A stretch of 64,000 bases of DNA. Source: Camelus ferus (Eukaryota). The stretch lies in the NCBI RefSeq assembly GCF_009834535.1, contig NC_045717.1:25854001-25918000 (forward strand). The letters are read 5' to 3'. The notes under the pieces were generated by a model that was not told where the DNA came from, searched no databases, and worked only from the letters and a program-made list of their open reading frames with translations. The position numbers were made by a program, and so were the translations under genes. Below are positions 1 through 12,331 of this stretch, in pieces. Every line of letters begins with the position of its first letter. Within the stretch, counting starts at the first letter, position 1.

Positions 1-209
1 ACTGGGTTGACCTGAAATGAGGAAATGTCCTTTTGGCGTAAAGGGCTTTGGTAACAAAAGAAACAGAAGACAAAGGAAAAAAGAGGAAGACAAAGACAAA
101 AGGAAGGAAAAACCATGGAGTGAGAAGTGAACTGTGACGTGGATGCAGGCCTGTCCCCTTGACCCAGATGGAGGACAGGCGAGGCTGAGCCCCTGGGGAG
201 GGGGCTTAC

Positions 210-3200
210 CGATGGTGCAGGCCACGAAGTAGACCCTGGAGGACTGCACCTGGATGTCGAAGCGGTGGCAGTAGGCCACGAGCAGCCCTGGGGGAGAGAA
301 GACGTGGGCCAGGCTGCAGCCCTAGTCGGGCCCGGGTGGTTCCACGGGAGGAATCAGGTGCCCTGCGCCCCTCTCCAGCTCAGCACAGAGCTGGGGCCAT
401 GCTGCCCGTGACGCGTGGCGGGTAACCCAAGACCTCAGGCGAGCACAGACCCCAGCACGGAGGCTTGTGGTGGGGTGGAGGGGCCGGGAAGGTCCCACCA
501 CGGGATACAGGCTGGCTGGCGAGGCAGGTCTGTGCAGCGGGACCACACAGCAGGGCTACCCCAGAGCTCCGACGGGCCACCTCCCTGCTGCACGCACCCG
601 CTCAGCACCGCGTCCACCCCTGGGCCCCTCTGGCCTGACAACTCCAAGGCCACCCAGGCCGCCCAAGCCCAGCCCCAGTACCTGGGACCAGGATGTCCCC
701 GAAGCCCAGGAGGGAGAACGGCCGGTCACACAGGGCTAGCGGTGAGGTGTTCAGTCTGGGCACCTTCAGGACCATGGGGAGCTGGGGAGAGCGGGGAGGC
801 AGCAGTCTCCAGGACCCGCCGAGCCCGCTGCTCACGCCGGCTGGCGCCTCGACCATGGGACACTACGTACCTTCTCGTGGGTGGCTGAGTCCGAGGGCCC
901 GGTGGCCACCTCCACCATGATGCTGTTCCCGCTCTAACAGAAGGGGGTGTCAAAGGGGCTGGGGCGGCTCAGAGGGGTGGGAGCGTGGGCGGGGCGGGTC
1001 AGAGAGGGGGCGGGGCGGGGCCGGGCAGCTCAGAGGAGTGGGAGCAGGGGCGGGGAGGGGCGGGGGTTGGGCCCACCTTGGTCAGGAAGGGCGTGATGAA
1101 CACGAAAAAGACATCGTAGATGAACAGCACCAGCAGCAGCAGCGTGCAGGCCTGGGGACGGGGCGTCCTGAGGGCCGTGCTCGGGACACCCAATGCCTTC
1201 CCAGCACATGGACCCGCCGGGACGCGTCCCCGCCCCCACAAAGCTCAGGCCTCCCCCAGGGGGACGAAGCCCTTAGGCCGCTCGCTGCTCAGGAGGCAAC
1301 ATCAGGCTGAGGCTCAGGGAGAGCCAAGGTCCAGGTTTCCAAGTTTCTGATGGAAACCCAAGAACGGGGCCGGCAAGGGACACGCAGCCGTGACTGGCTG
1401 GTGGTGGGTTTGAGGAAGGGTCACCTGTCTGCACGTTTCCCCATGTGTTTCTGAGTTCTTCCCACCGGGAACCAGTGCCAGCTGTGTGCTCGGCCCTACG
1501 CTCTGCCCTGCCTGGTGTCATCTGGTTTTCCCTACTCTGTCCACCTCACTGCGCCCGCCCAGTTGTCCCCTTGGCCACGTGGTCACTGGTTGCTGTGAAG
1601 CGACTCTACAGCTGATCCTTAAGCCCTGTCACCAGGGAGGTGGCTGGGGGACAGATGAGCAAAGATCACGCCGCCCACGTAGGGCCAGGCTCAGAGTCCG
1701 AGGCCTCAAGGAGGCTCACGGCAGGCAGGCACTGGGCTGATGTGAAAAGGTCCTGTTCCCTAGTCCCAGGAGCACCCCTGCCCCTCCCCAACAGGGCTCT
1801 CACCTTGAACGTGGGGAGGCGGATGGTTTTCAAGGTGTAGAGGCAGAAGGCGATACCCAGCGCATCCTGAAGGATCCAGGCCCACCTGGAAGGCAGCACA
1901 GCGTCACCCTGGGGATGGAGCTCCACGGAGAGCCTCCACTTGCCGGCCCCGCCCCGCCCCGCCAGCACCTCAGCCACCAAGTCCAAGCCGCCCCGTGAGC
2001 TGCGAAGACGCAGGCGCTGACACAGGCAGCAGCTGAGGTCCTGAGACCCAGGGGGACGGGTGGGCAGCACTGGCCGGTAGGAACAGGAGTGAACCGACCC
2101 CCGACCCTGACACCACAAGGCCAGAGAGAGGCAGACATGTACGAGGATGTCTGTCCCTCTGCAGCCATGTCATCACACCCAGATAGCAGGACACAGGGCA
2201 GGGGTGCAGGGAAGAGGGACTGGGCATCCACTGGAGTCAAATTTCCTTTCAGAAATACTTTAAAATATTTTTTGCTTTTAGAAAAATGAAACCCCCAGCC
2301 AAGCATGTGCCACACAGACTGTCTCAGGAAACGGGCTTGGGGCTGCTGGGGCCCTAAGGACAGGGTCTGGAGTCCGTGTGGGAACAGCAGATCCCTTCGC
2401 AGCCCCACCTTCAACAGGGCGCCCTCCTCAAGGGGCCACTTCCGAATTTGCAAGTTAAAGCCACGTAATGAACCCGGCTGCTTAAGCTGCTCATCAGCTT
2501 CATGGGGTCTGAGCGGCTAAGCCGATGAGAGCCTCGCAGGACAAGGAGCAGGGTCTCGGCCGCCGCGTGGGCGCCAGATGGTGGACACCACAGCCTTTTC
2601 TAATTTCACGTGAGGGAGCAAGCCTTCTGGCTTGGCTTTAACCACGAGAGTTCACGTTCTCTTTGTGTACAAAGGACTCAAAATATTTTCACGTTTTCCT
2701 TCTGCCAGTTAAATCTGTTGTGGCTTAAATAGCAGCACAGCCAAAAGTGTTTAACTGCCTCGGAGAAGCTGGGAGAAAGTGCCAGATGGTGTCAGTGACG
2801 GCAGGCAGCGGGGGCGGGACAGGCGCCGTGTCCCCGTGCCTGGGCGCCGGGCCACCCTGTGGGCTTGCTGCCTCGATGGGGAGGCCGACCGGGGGAAGCG
2901 GGTGTCTGGGGGAGCAGGCCTGCCTCCCTGACCTCCCTGGGACTGCAGCCAGGCTGCCCCAGAGCCCACGGCCCGATGCCCTGGCAGCAGTGTGGGCGGC
3001 ACCCCACGTCCAGATTACAATCGCGGCTCCGTGGCCCGGGGCCGACCGCAGGGCAGCCATAGCCGAGCGGCCGTCAGCCGAGCCCAGGCGGCACCTGGAC
3101 GGCGTGCGGCCTCCACGTCCAGATCACTGACAGGAGAGCTTTTCATAACCCGGGCTGGCCTGGCTCCAGGAGCCCCAGTCAGACGGCTTGGGGTGGTCAG

Positions 3201-6200
3201 AGCACCCGAGGACAGCACCACCCCCTGCCCGGGCCTCCAGGGCTGCACTCACTGGTCCTCGTTCCGGAATACGCCCCACACCACGCTGACAGCCACGCAC
3301 AGCAGCGCCAGGAGCAGCGTGAGGACCTGTGGGCGCTTGTGGAAGTAGGGTAGGCTGTTGTCCGGAACCCTGCAGGCGGGCGGGGGTGTCAGGGGCCTCT
3401 GACCCTCACAGCCCCATCTCTGCCCAGCACCCCGAGGGCCGGCTCAACTCCCGCCCCCAATGCCCTCAGCCTCCCTGCATCTGGCCTCCTGCTGAACTCA
3501 GGGCTCTGTTCTAAGGGGCCCCACCAGCCTGCCCACCTGGCCCCCACTTCCTCCCCTTCACCTTGTCCGTGAAACTCACCTTCCCTCACCTTGTATTTCT
3601 AACTGGGAGGCTCCCAAGGGCAGGGCAGAGAGGGTAGGGCCAGGTCTTAGCGGGGAGTGGCAGTCACTAAGCCAACCCTGCCCCAGAGCCCACTGTCGGG
3701 TCCCAGCCCCAACAGTCCGGCCTGCTGTGGGCCCCCGCTCTCTCACCCTGAGCCCTGCTTTCTGACCCTAACCTGACCTCGTCTAAACCTGCAGTTTCCC
3801 ACCTGCTCCCTGAGAGCCGCCCCCCACTGCCTCCCCACTCTGCTTTGTGCCTGAGACCCGTGAGCCCCGTGCCAGCACTGAGTGAGCACCACTTGTATGC
3901 CCGCACTGTGCCCAACAGACCGAGGGCCGCAGTAGAGAGGCCTTGGCACCACTGAAGCCACAGAGCCTCGGAGACCAGCTGACGGGACGTGGATGCGGAT
4001 GGGCCAAAAGGCACAAGGGGGGGTCCCCGCAAGCAGAGTTGGGGGTGAGGGCCGGGTGGGGGCTGCCCCCAGGGGCTTACCTGCATTTGCAGAACGGCAG
4101 CCTCTGGACGAGCGGTGACAGGCAGCTGTAGAGGCCTGTGGAGGAGGCCAGGCAGAAAATCCCAATGATCGCGTAGACTGCAGGGCAGGGCGGACAGTGA
4201 GGGGCGGCCCGGGGTCCCCGGCCCAGGCCCAAGCACCCATGCCCCTGGGCCAGAGGGTCTCCCCAAGGAAAGGGGGGGGCAGCCCCACCCGAGGGGCCTC
4301 CTCGAGGGCCGGAGACAGCGGCCAGCACGCGACCCGGCCTCCCCGCGGAGCCCCGGGGCGGGCCCGGGCGGGCGCACCGAGCTGGTCGTAGAAGTGGTAG
4401 AGCAGCACCAGCATTGAGCAGCACGTGACCACGAAGACGCCAATCATGGCGGGCGTCACGTCCACCGCCTCATCCTCCTGCTTCGCGGGCCCGTCGTCCC
4501 GCTTGTGCTTCACGTACCTCCTCGAAGGGCGCGGGCACGGGCGGGTCAGGGGCAAGGGGCGGGGCGGGCATTGGGGCGGGTCAGGGGCACGGGGCGGGGC
4601 GGGCAGGTCAGGGGGGCGGGGCGGGCAGCGGGGCAGGTCAGGGGCACGGGGAAGGGACGGGCAGCGGGGCAGGCCGGAGGGCGGCTCACCGGGACACGAC
4701 AGCCACCCCCTGCCCTGAGGGCTGGCCCCTGCCCACCAAGCGCGCCCGGTCTCTCCCGCCCCCGGCTGGAGCCAGTCCACCCTCCAAGAGGACGGGACCA
4801 AATGGGGCACCGCGGGAGCTCTGGTCCTCACGGTGAGGGCTGCTAGAGGTGGGGCTGCGGTCCCCGGGGCCGAGCCGTGATGGCCAAGCTGGGTGGGAAG
4901 CTGGGAGAGACCCTCCACTCCCTCAGGAACCCCCGGACCCTGGCCCTGTGCCAGCCCCACCACGGGCTTCCCTGGGACTGCCAAGGCGAGGTCTCCAGTG
5001 TACGTCCCTGCCTGGGTGGGCCCGGACCCTGCACCCTGGTGGCAGAACAGAAACTTGGGAGCACGACCCTCGGGGCCTTTCAGCGGCTTCCTGGGTATTC
5101 ACAGCAGCTGTGTTCCAGACAGCTCTCAGGGCATGTGGACGCCCCTCTTGTAGTTCCTTCCCCATCATGCATGCACGCACCATGCAGGGCACTCACTTCC
5201 TCACGTCCCGGCTCCCGGCCCAGTAGCCCCCAAGAGCGACAGTGCCCACGGCCATGATGAAGATGATGACCATGTTGTAGTCCAGCATGGGCTCCTTGGG
5301 TGCGTACAGCGCTGCCCGCACCGCCTGGCCGAAAGTCTGCCCAGGAGAACACAGCCGAGCTTCAGGTCGGGGCGGTGACCCAGCCCCTCCCCAGCCAGGG
5401 AGCCGAGGCCAACCCACGCCAGGGGCTGGGGGCCGGGAGACCCTGCCTCGCCCCACACCCTCACCCACCACTCCTGACCCCAAAGAAGTGGGATCTGCCG
5501 GGACAAGCTTTGCACAGGGTGGGCGAGGGGCCCATGGACCCTGCACCCAGCCATGTGTGTGAATGAGGTGGGTGCAGCCTGGGCGGGATGAGATGTGGAG
5601 CCTGCAGTGGGGATCGGGACATTTGCTGTGAACCCTGGAAGTGTCTGCAAAGACTGGCTCTTCCCATGTCCCCTGTGTGCTGAAGCTCGCCTGCTCGGGA
5701 CCCAACTCCCCAGATCAAACGGCAATGGGGCCTCTGGTCCGTGGGGCCAGGCAAGTGTGAGCAGCCAGGAGGGCATGAGGAGGGGTGACGCGCAGGGGCT
5801 CTGGCATGTGGGCAGAGAGCCCCTGGGGCGTGGGCAGCTGTGGCCAGGCAGAGCCTCTGACGCCAAGGTTCTGCTGCTGGCGCTCACAGCACCGCAGGCA
5901 CACCGCTCCTCGGGCCTGGACACGGCTGCAGGCAGGAGTGGGGCTCCACCTGGAAGATGTCCAGCATGTCTCTGTGGCTGAGCAGGGCCACAGGGATGCC
6001 GATCTCATCATACTGCGTCTTGTTGCCTCCTGGGGGGACCTGGGGGAGGGGTGGGGGAGGGCAATCAGAGGCCCACGGGGGTGGGGAGGCTGCCAACTCG
6101 CCCCACAGCTCAGCCGCAGAGCCAGCTCCTCTCCCCCAGAGAGCAGAAGAGTCCCTCGTGTGTCCTTGGGGACCCAGAGGGGAAGGGGACACGGCCAGGA

Positions 6201-9200
6201 GGGCAGCCTGCGGGCTCAACCCCTCCCGCTGGGGTTGGGTGGCACCAGTCGGCCCTGAGGGCCTGGGGGAGAGGCTGCTCCTCAGATGGCACGCCCAGAG
6301 CTACACCCCCAGCACTGCTGGCCCCCCAGGCCTGCTCAAGACCACGGCCCAAAGGCCCATGCCACAGCAAGGAAGCCAACTCCTCATCTCCCCCCCGCCT
6401 GCTCACTGCCCCCCGCCTCAAGCCCTTGCCCGGGCCGGGCTTCCCAGGGTCTCAGTGGCCGTACCAGCGCCTCCTTGCTGACGATGAGCAGCCCACGGGC
6501 CCCACTGCCCTGGGCCAGCCTCACTTTCTCGTAGAAGGTGCAGTTCCCCCGCGCCACCATGGGGAGCTGGTTGGTGAAGCCTTTGGCAGGGAGACTGGAG
6601 GGAGAGCAGAGCACGGAGGCCGTCCAGTCCTGCACCTGCAGGAGAGACTGAGGGAGGGTGGCGTTCACGCCACTACCCGGGGGCTCCAGGCCGCCCACAC
6701 AGCCTCATCTCGAACCCCCGTCTCAGCCCCTCACGGCGCTGGGGGTGCTGCACACGCACACCTGTGCACACGCACACACACCCTGAGAACCAGGCAGGCT
6801 GGAGGGGCGTGGGGCAGCGTGTGCTCAGGGGAACCACTCAGAAATCCTCCCTGCGTCTCTCCAGTCCATTACTAACACCACAAAGGGCAGGTGGGAGCGC
6901 TGGCCTCTGTGGGGAGAATCCACCCCGCAACTGAGCCCCTAGTGGGCACTCCGAGTCCCTCTGGGAGGGGTGAGGCCAGACCAGACAGCAGCGTGTCCTG
7001 GGCTGCCCATCCACCCCCTGCCCTGACTCCTCTCAGGACCCCTCTGCCAACACCCCCGTCCAACATGGGCTGGGGGGTGGCTGGTGTCCCCTCCAGGGGC
7101 CGATCCTTGGCAGGGCCCTGACACCTGTCCTTTATGACCAGAGAAACCAGGGCCCAGAGAGGTTAGGGAGCTCCTCAGGGGAAGCCCCTGCAACACCAGC
7201 GGAGGTCCTTCCTCCGTCCCCAGCAGCTCTCTGCAAGGTGAGTCCCCAGAGGCCCCAGGGAGGGGCAGAGGGATGGCGGCAACTGAGACAGACAAGACCC
7301 TGAGGCAGATGCCACGGGGGGGGGCCCCCAGGGAGGGCCTCGGCCGGCACTCACCGCTTTGCTGAGGTCGTGCGGCAGGTGGGCCCACTGCGGGTTGTAC
7401 AGGATGCAGTAGTCCTTGCCTCTGGGGCCTCCTGTCTCGGGCACCACGTGCACCATGCCATACTCACAGGCCACCTGGATGAGGGCGATGGCAGAGGGCT
7501 CGGCTCGGGCTTTCCCACCGCACCACCTGGCTGGGGACAGTTCCCTCCCTCCAACAGGACAGCCAGGGCCTGACCGCACACGTCTTAGGGTGGGGACACC
7601 AAGGAGGGCCAGGGAAGCCTCCTCAGGGAGACCTGGGTGCTGACCACAATCGTGCCACGTCCCTTCCCTGGGGTTCCAAGGGCAGGAAAGGGGGAGCCCT
7701 CCTGGGACTGAGGGGACAGGGGATGAGAGCCCCACACCTCTGTCACCAGGCAGGGTGTGTCAGCAGATCCGTTCCCAGGCCTGAAGGGTCTCCCGGCGCC
7801 CCAGCAGGTTCAGGGCTCACCCTAGACCCACAGGCTCCTGGGAAAATGGCCTGTGAGCCACCAAGCTAAGGCCCTGTGGGCTAACACTTCACTTTCCCAG
7901 GGGATGGCGGAGCCCAGGTCATGTGACCAGCACCTGACGGGGCCCAGGCCAGTGGGTCACAGCCCCCACCTCCACGGCTCAGGGTGTGGCAGGAAGGGCA
8001 CAGTGTGAGGGGCTGGGCTACCCTGGGCGGGGGCTGCTCCAGTCACAACAGATGGAGCCATGGGGGCAGCAGCAGGACCCAGGCGGCCGACTGCATCCCC
8101 TCCCCAGCACATCCCGGCCAGCAGCGCACCACTCCTGAGAGCCGCGGGCAGCGGGACTGCCCGGGCTTCCTGGCCCACCACTCCCAAGAAGGGGGCCAGA
8201 GTGCCGGGGGCCAGCCTCCAGTTCCTCCTGCTAAGGTGTTCACGGAGGGCCTCACAGAGTCCGCATGGACCCCCGCCTGCTCTGACATGGAGTAAGGTCT
8301 AGGGCGGTGGGCTGATTGTAGAGGACAGGGCGGCCAGACACACCGGCCAGTGGGGCCGTGGCTCCGAGTCTGAATGCAAAGCGAGGCAGAGGGGCAGGAG
8401 CCCGAGTCCCCAGAACACTGGAACCCTCCCTCGAGGGCAGTGGGGTGGCCAGGGCCTGGGGCAGGAGGGGCTGGCTCTCACCTTCCCCGTTTAATGCCAA
8501 GTGGCTCTGTCTATGTGAAACAGCAGCGCTTCACAGAAGTGTCCCCACTACCTGCTCGCCCTCCCTCCTGCCCGGACCACTGTGTCCCTTCCCACACGCT
8601 GGGCTCGGCTGGGCCCACAGAGCCCCCACGAGGACTCAGTGGGTTTCACAGCATCAGGCCCAGGTCCGGGTTGCTCTGCCCCTGGGCAGGCTCACCCTGG
8701 GTCAGAGGGAGGAGAGGTCACAGAGAGCCTCATGCCAGGAGCCCAGCCATGTCCAGGCATGGGCCCCTGAGCCCTCCCTGGCCCTTTGACTTCTTGGGGC
8801 TGGAAGGACCTGACTGGACCCCAACTCGCGCACTGCACACTCGGTCGGGCTCTTGGGGCCTACCCTTCCGTGTTGCCTGGAGACCGAGACGGGGACCACA
8901 CTGCTCAATGTCCCTGAGGATCTGCCCTGGAGACAACATGTGGCAGCAGCTTGTCTGGCCACATCCACGTGCCGGGGACGGACCCATGCCCAAAGGTGGC
9001 CTCAGACTGCGGCTTGGGGGAGCTCCAGCTTGGCGGGGGTCCTGAGGGTCAGTGGCCTTGACAACAGGCCTGGCCCTTGGTGAGAGCACAGCAGGGACCT
9101 GCGGCAGGATTAGGAATCCCAGCCCCCAGTCTCTCCCCACCAGACCACCCCCAGACCAAGCCCAGCCCTGCGCTCCTGCCCAGGGGCCATCCCTGCTCAC

Positions 9201-12171
9201 AGCCCCCGGCACCCCCTCAACCGGCTCCCGCAGGCAAGGCCTATGCCGCTCTCAGCTGTGACTGCAGAGCTGGGCAGTTACAACAGAGGCCAAGTGGCCG
9301 GAAAAGCCCAACATGGGTTTGGTCCTTGGGAAAACGCTTGCTGACCCCTGGTCTACGGGGTCCAAGCTGCTGGTGAAAACAGTCCTTTGTGTAAAATGGG
9401 GATGGACATAAATATTCCTTTTTAAAGAGATCATTTAAAAGCAAGAATGAAAAAAACTTTTTAAGCGGGGAGGGTATAGCTCAGTGGTGTGCTTAGCATA
9501 AGCACAAGGCCCTTGGTTCAATCCCCAGTAACTCCATTAAAAGTACATAAACCTAATTCCTCTAAAGTAAAATTTTTTTTAAGTTTTAAAAAAATGTAAA
9601 AGCACAAGTGCAGACTTCACAAATCCCCCCCCCCTTACAATTTGCGTTAAGAAATAAACCAGAGAGTGCAGTTTCACTGTGAGTGTGGTCTCCTCCCCAT
9701 GGAGTTAAAGGGCTGGGGGAAGTTCTTCCAGAGGACCCGGGGCTGAGTGTCCCGAGTTCTAGCACGGCCCATCCCAGTGTGGAGAACCAGAAACAGTCGG
9801 GACTACCAAGGAGGGCCACCTCCTGACATGCCGAAGGTTCGGCAGCTTCTGGGGAAACTGTGCCTCAAGAGGAGGAAAACATCCACATCAGGAGGTTCAA
9901 GAGCAGCTAACAGGTCCAGGCTGAGAGCACTCTTCCTAAGATGGCGAGTTCCAGGAGAGCGTGGGATAATTAGGACCTGGGAAGCTTAGGAAAAGATGTT
10001 CAGGTGGAGGACAGGGAGGGAGGGGGAGCGGGACGGGGCAGGGGGCAGTGGAGGGGCGAAGGGGCAGAAGGAGCTGGGGCAGATCTGCTGAGTAGCAAGC
10101 CCCACACAGACCTTTACGGGGCTTACAGCACCTGGGGGGTGGGTCTGCCTGGGGAGGTCCAGCCCCTTGCCCAAGGTCACAGGATGGTGGAGGGTGAGTT
10201 TAGGGCTGTGAGCAAACAGTGTCCTGCCCCGGGGAAGGTGAGTCTCACTCTACTATGAAGAACCATACCCAGGGTTCTGTTCTAGGAAGAGCTGGCCCAG
10301 GGTCCCCCCTCACTCTCTCCAACACTCTCCATGGCCCCCTACACTCAGGATAAAGTTCAAAATCCTCAGCCAGCCGGGAATAAAGCCCAAACGCCCCAGC
10401 ACATGAGCCTTCCAGCACCCGGACCCCACCTGTCCAGCCCACTCCCCTGCACCCCAGCCCAGGGAGGCCGCAGGTTCAGCCTGCCCTTTACCCTGGGGCT
10501 GGAGCCACTCCCACTGCCGCTCCCTCTCCGGCCCCCCAGCTGAGGGGGAAACCCCAGCCTCCCTGCACGGGCACCTGAAGGGCCTCCACTGCGGTGACAC
10601 CTTTCTCAGGTGTCACCACCGTACCACCCCACAGGCCAGCTGCCGTGGACCTGCACCGTCTCTAGATCATCTGGCCCTGCTCCCATCACCTGGAACACCC
10701 TCCTTCTACCTTCGTGACCGAGCAAACTCCTACTCATCCTTCAGAGCGCCCCTTGGGCGCCCCTGCCTCTGAAAAGCATTCCTAGGCAAACTGAGTCCCT
10801 CCTCCGGTGGCGTTCCCATGACCCTCCATCCACCTCTCCCTTTGCCCTCGTTTGAAACACCTGGAGAGCTCAAAGTCCCTGCCTCCAACTGCTCAGGCTG
10901 CTGAGGAGGATGAATCAACAGGGCTGGGGGAAGTCTGAGAGCTGGCAAAGAAGCTGAGGAGGGGGCCTCCTAGAGAGCTACCGGGAGGGAGGGTACAGCT
11001 AAGCTGAGACCAGAAAGATGACCAGGGAATTCAGGGAAACAAAGAAGACCAGCGAGCAGAGGGCCTTCAGTATAGAGGCGGAAAGAAAGGGGAGCTTCCT
11101 GACAGCCAGATCACAGACGCTCCTGAATGCACCAGGAACCACCAGAAGGCTCTCATCTGGACACAAGCCCTGACACACTTTGAAGGAGATCACTCCTGCC
11201 ACGTTGAGTATGAACTGGGGATGCAGCGGGGGACAAAAGTGGCCTCGGGGAGAATGTCAGCCTCCTGGAGCAGAGGTTGGGGGTGGGCTGGAGCAGATGG
11301 CTCAAGGTTAACAGCCCAGTTTGTAAGGTTGTTTAGGGGCACCATTTCCTGAGCTGTGGGACCCGGAAGAGAGGGAAGATTAGGAAATAAAAGATACGCT
11401 TATGACAATGTACATCAGCCGTCTCGTGGCCAGTCCCCCATTTGCACCGGAGACCCTTAACTTTAAGCAACCAAGAAGTAGCATGCTGCGCGTTCATGAC
11501 CCCAAACATCATCTCACTGACTCCGCACTGTACACTTATCCTCCTTTTGCAGGCGGGCAACTGACGCTCAAAACGGGGAACTCCCTTAGCCAAGGTCACA
11601 GGAGGAAAGATGGGGCGGCGATTCGACCCCATTCCAGGACCCCAGTCGCTTCCCGACACTGCCAGACACTGGGTGCCACGCTGGACAGTTTACCACCACC
11701 ATGGGAGGGCCGAGGTAGCATCGCGCCCAAGGGGAAACTGAGGCTCGGAGAGCGGCAGCCCCCTGGCCAAGGCCACGGAACCAGAGAGGGGCATCCCGGG
11801 CTACGGTTGGAGACGCCGAGACAGACCAGCAGGCCCGGGGGGAGAAGGGGGGGGCCCCAAACTTCAGACTCGGGCGGGACCAGGTGACGGTGAGGCAGGG
11901 AAGGGCTTCCAGGCGGGGAAGGGAGACGGGCCGGGGACAGGCTCACAAGGTCACGGACGGACCCCGGGCCCGGGGGCCGCCCGCGAGGGGGGGCGCGGAT
12001 CCCCGAGGCTGGACCCCAGGCCGGGCCGGGCGGGGCCTTGCGCGGGGCGGAAGGGCCGAGGGCCTGGGGCACCGCAGCCGGCGGGGCCGGCGGGGTCGGC
12101 GCCGCCCTCACCTGGGCCGTGAGGAGGAGGAAAGCCGCCGCTAGCCGCGCCAGCGCCGCAGCCGCCGCCAT
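210..12171 (-). CDS. SPPL2B: Signal peptide peptidase-like 2B (GxGD intramembrane aspartyl protease), coding exons 1-13; 3' exons lie beyond position 1
   Basis: Exons in transcript order: 12112-12171, 7355-7474, 6465-6647, 5950-6039, 5197-5336, 4378-4520, 4081-4177, 3253-3369, 1804-1885, 1077-1151, 871-933, 682-781, 210-287. All introns are GT-AG and phases are consistent. Translation: signal peptide MAAAAALARLAAAFLLLTAQ, PA domain (VARGNCTFYEKVRLAQ), catalytic YD (IYDVFFVF, exon 10) and GFGD (exon 12). Confidence 0.97.
4535..4684. repeat. G-rich degenerate minisatellite (27-35 nt units) at the 3' end of SPPL2B intron 5
   Basis: GGGGCGGG/GGTCAGGGG units, with GTCAG at 4545, 4580, 4607 and 4637. 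Confidence 0.8.
9467..9585 (+). mobile_element. tRNA-derived SINE, camelid-type
   Basis: GGGGAGGGTATAGCTCAGTGG (A box) ... GGTTCAATCCCCAG (B box) ... AAACCTAATT tail. Confidence 0.75.
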
Positions 12172-12331
12172 GTCGCCGGGTCCCCGCCGCAGGCGTCGGC
12201 AGATGTTTCCCAGCAACGCCCCGGCGCGCTCGCGGCGTCGCGCAAACGCCGTGCGTCCGCCACGCATGCGCGCGGGCAGGGGGCAAAGGGCACGGCGGGG
12301 GCGCCTGCGCACAGCGGCGCGGCGCGGCGAG
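12172..12331. promoter_or_regulatory. Bidirectional SPPL2B/LSM7 promoter in a CpG island (~11900-12620)
   Basis: Only 160 bp separate the divergent ATGs. NRF1-like CGCATGCGC at 12263-12271 and GCGCCTGCGCA at 12301-12311; no TATA box. Confidence 0.85.

Noticed and set aside
601-620. RE1/REST-like left half-sites (CTCAGCACC) here and elsewhere
   Set aside because: No matching GGACAG right half at canonical spacing.
3743-4984. 413-aa minus-strand ORF and other long ORFs across SPPL2B
   Set aside because: Only the exon-6 segment is real coding sequence; the rest is low-complexity Pro/Arg/Gly/Ala read-through of GC-rich introns.
9467-9560. tRNA-like sequences with A and B boxes (also 47791 and 59606)
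   Set aside because: No complete cloverleaf; A-rich tails and TSDs show they are SINEs, not tRNA genes.
11415-11512. Possible intronic C/D box snoRNA in SPPL2B intron 1 (ATGATGT ... CTGA on the minus strand)
   Set aside because: Box C is imperfect, there is no terminal stem and no recognisable rRNA/snRNA guide.
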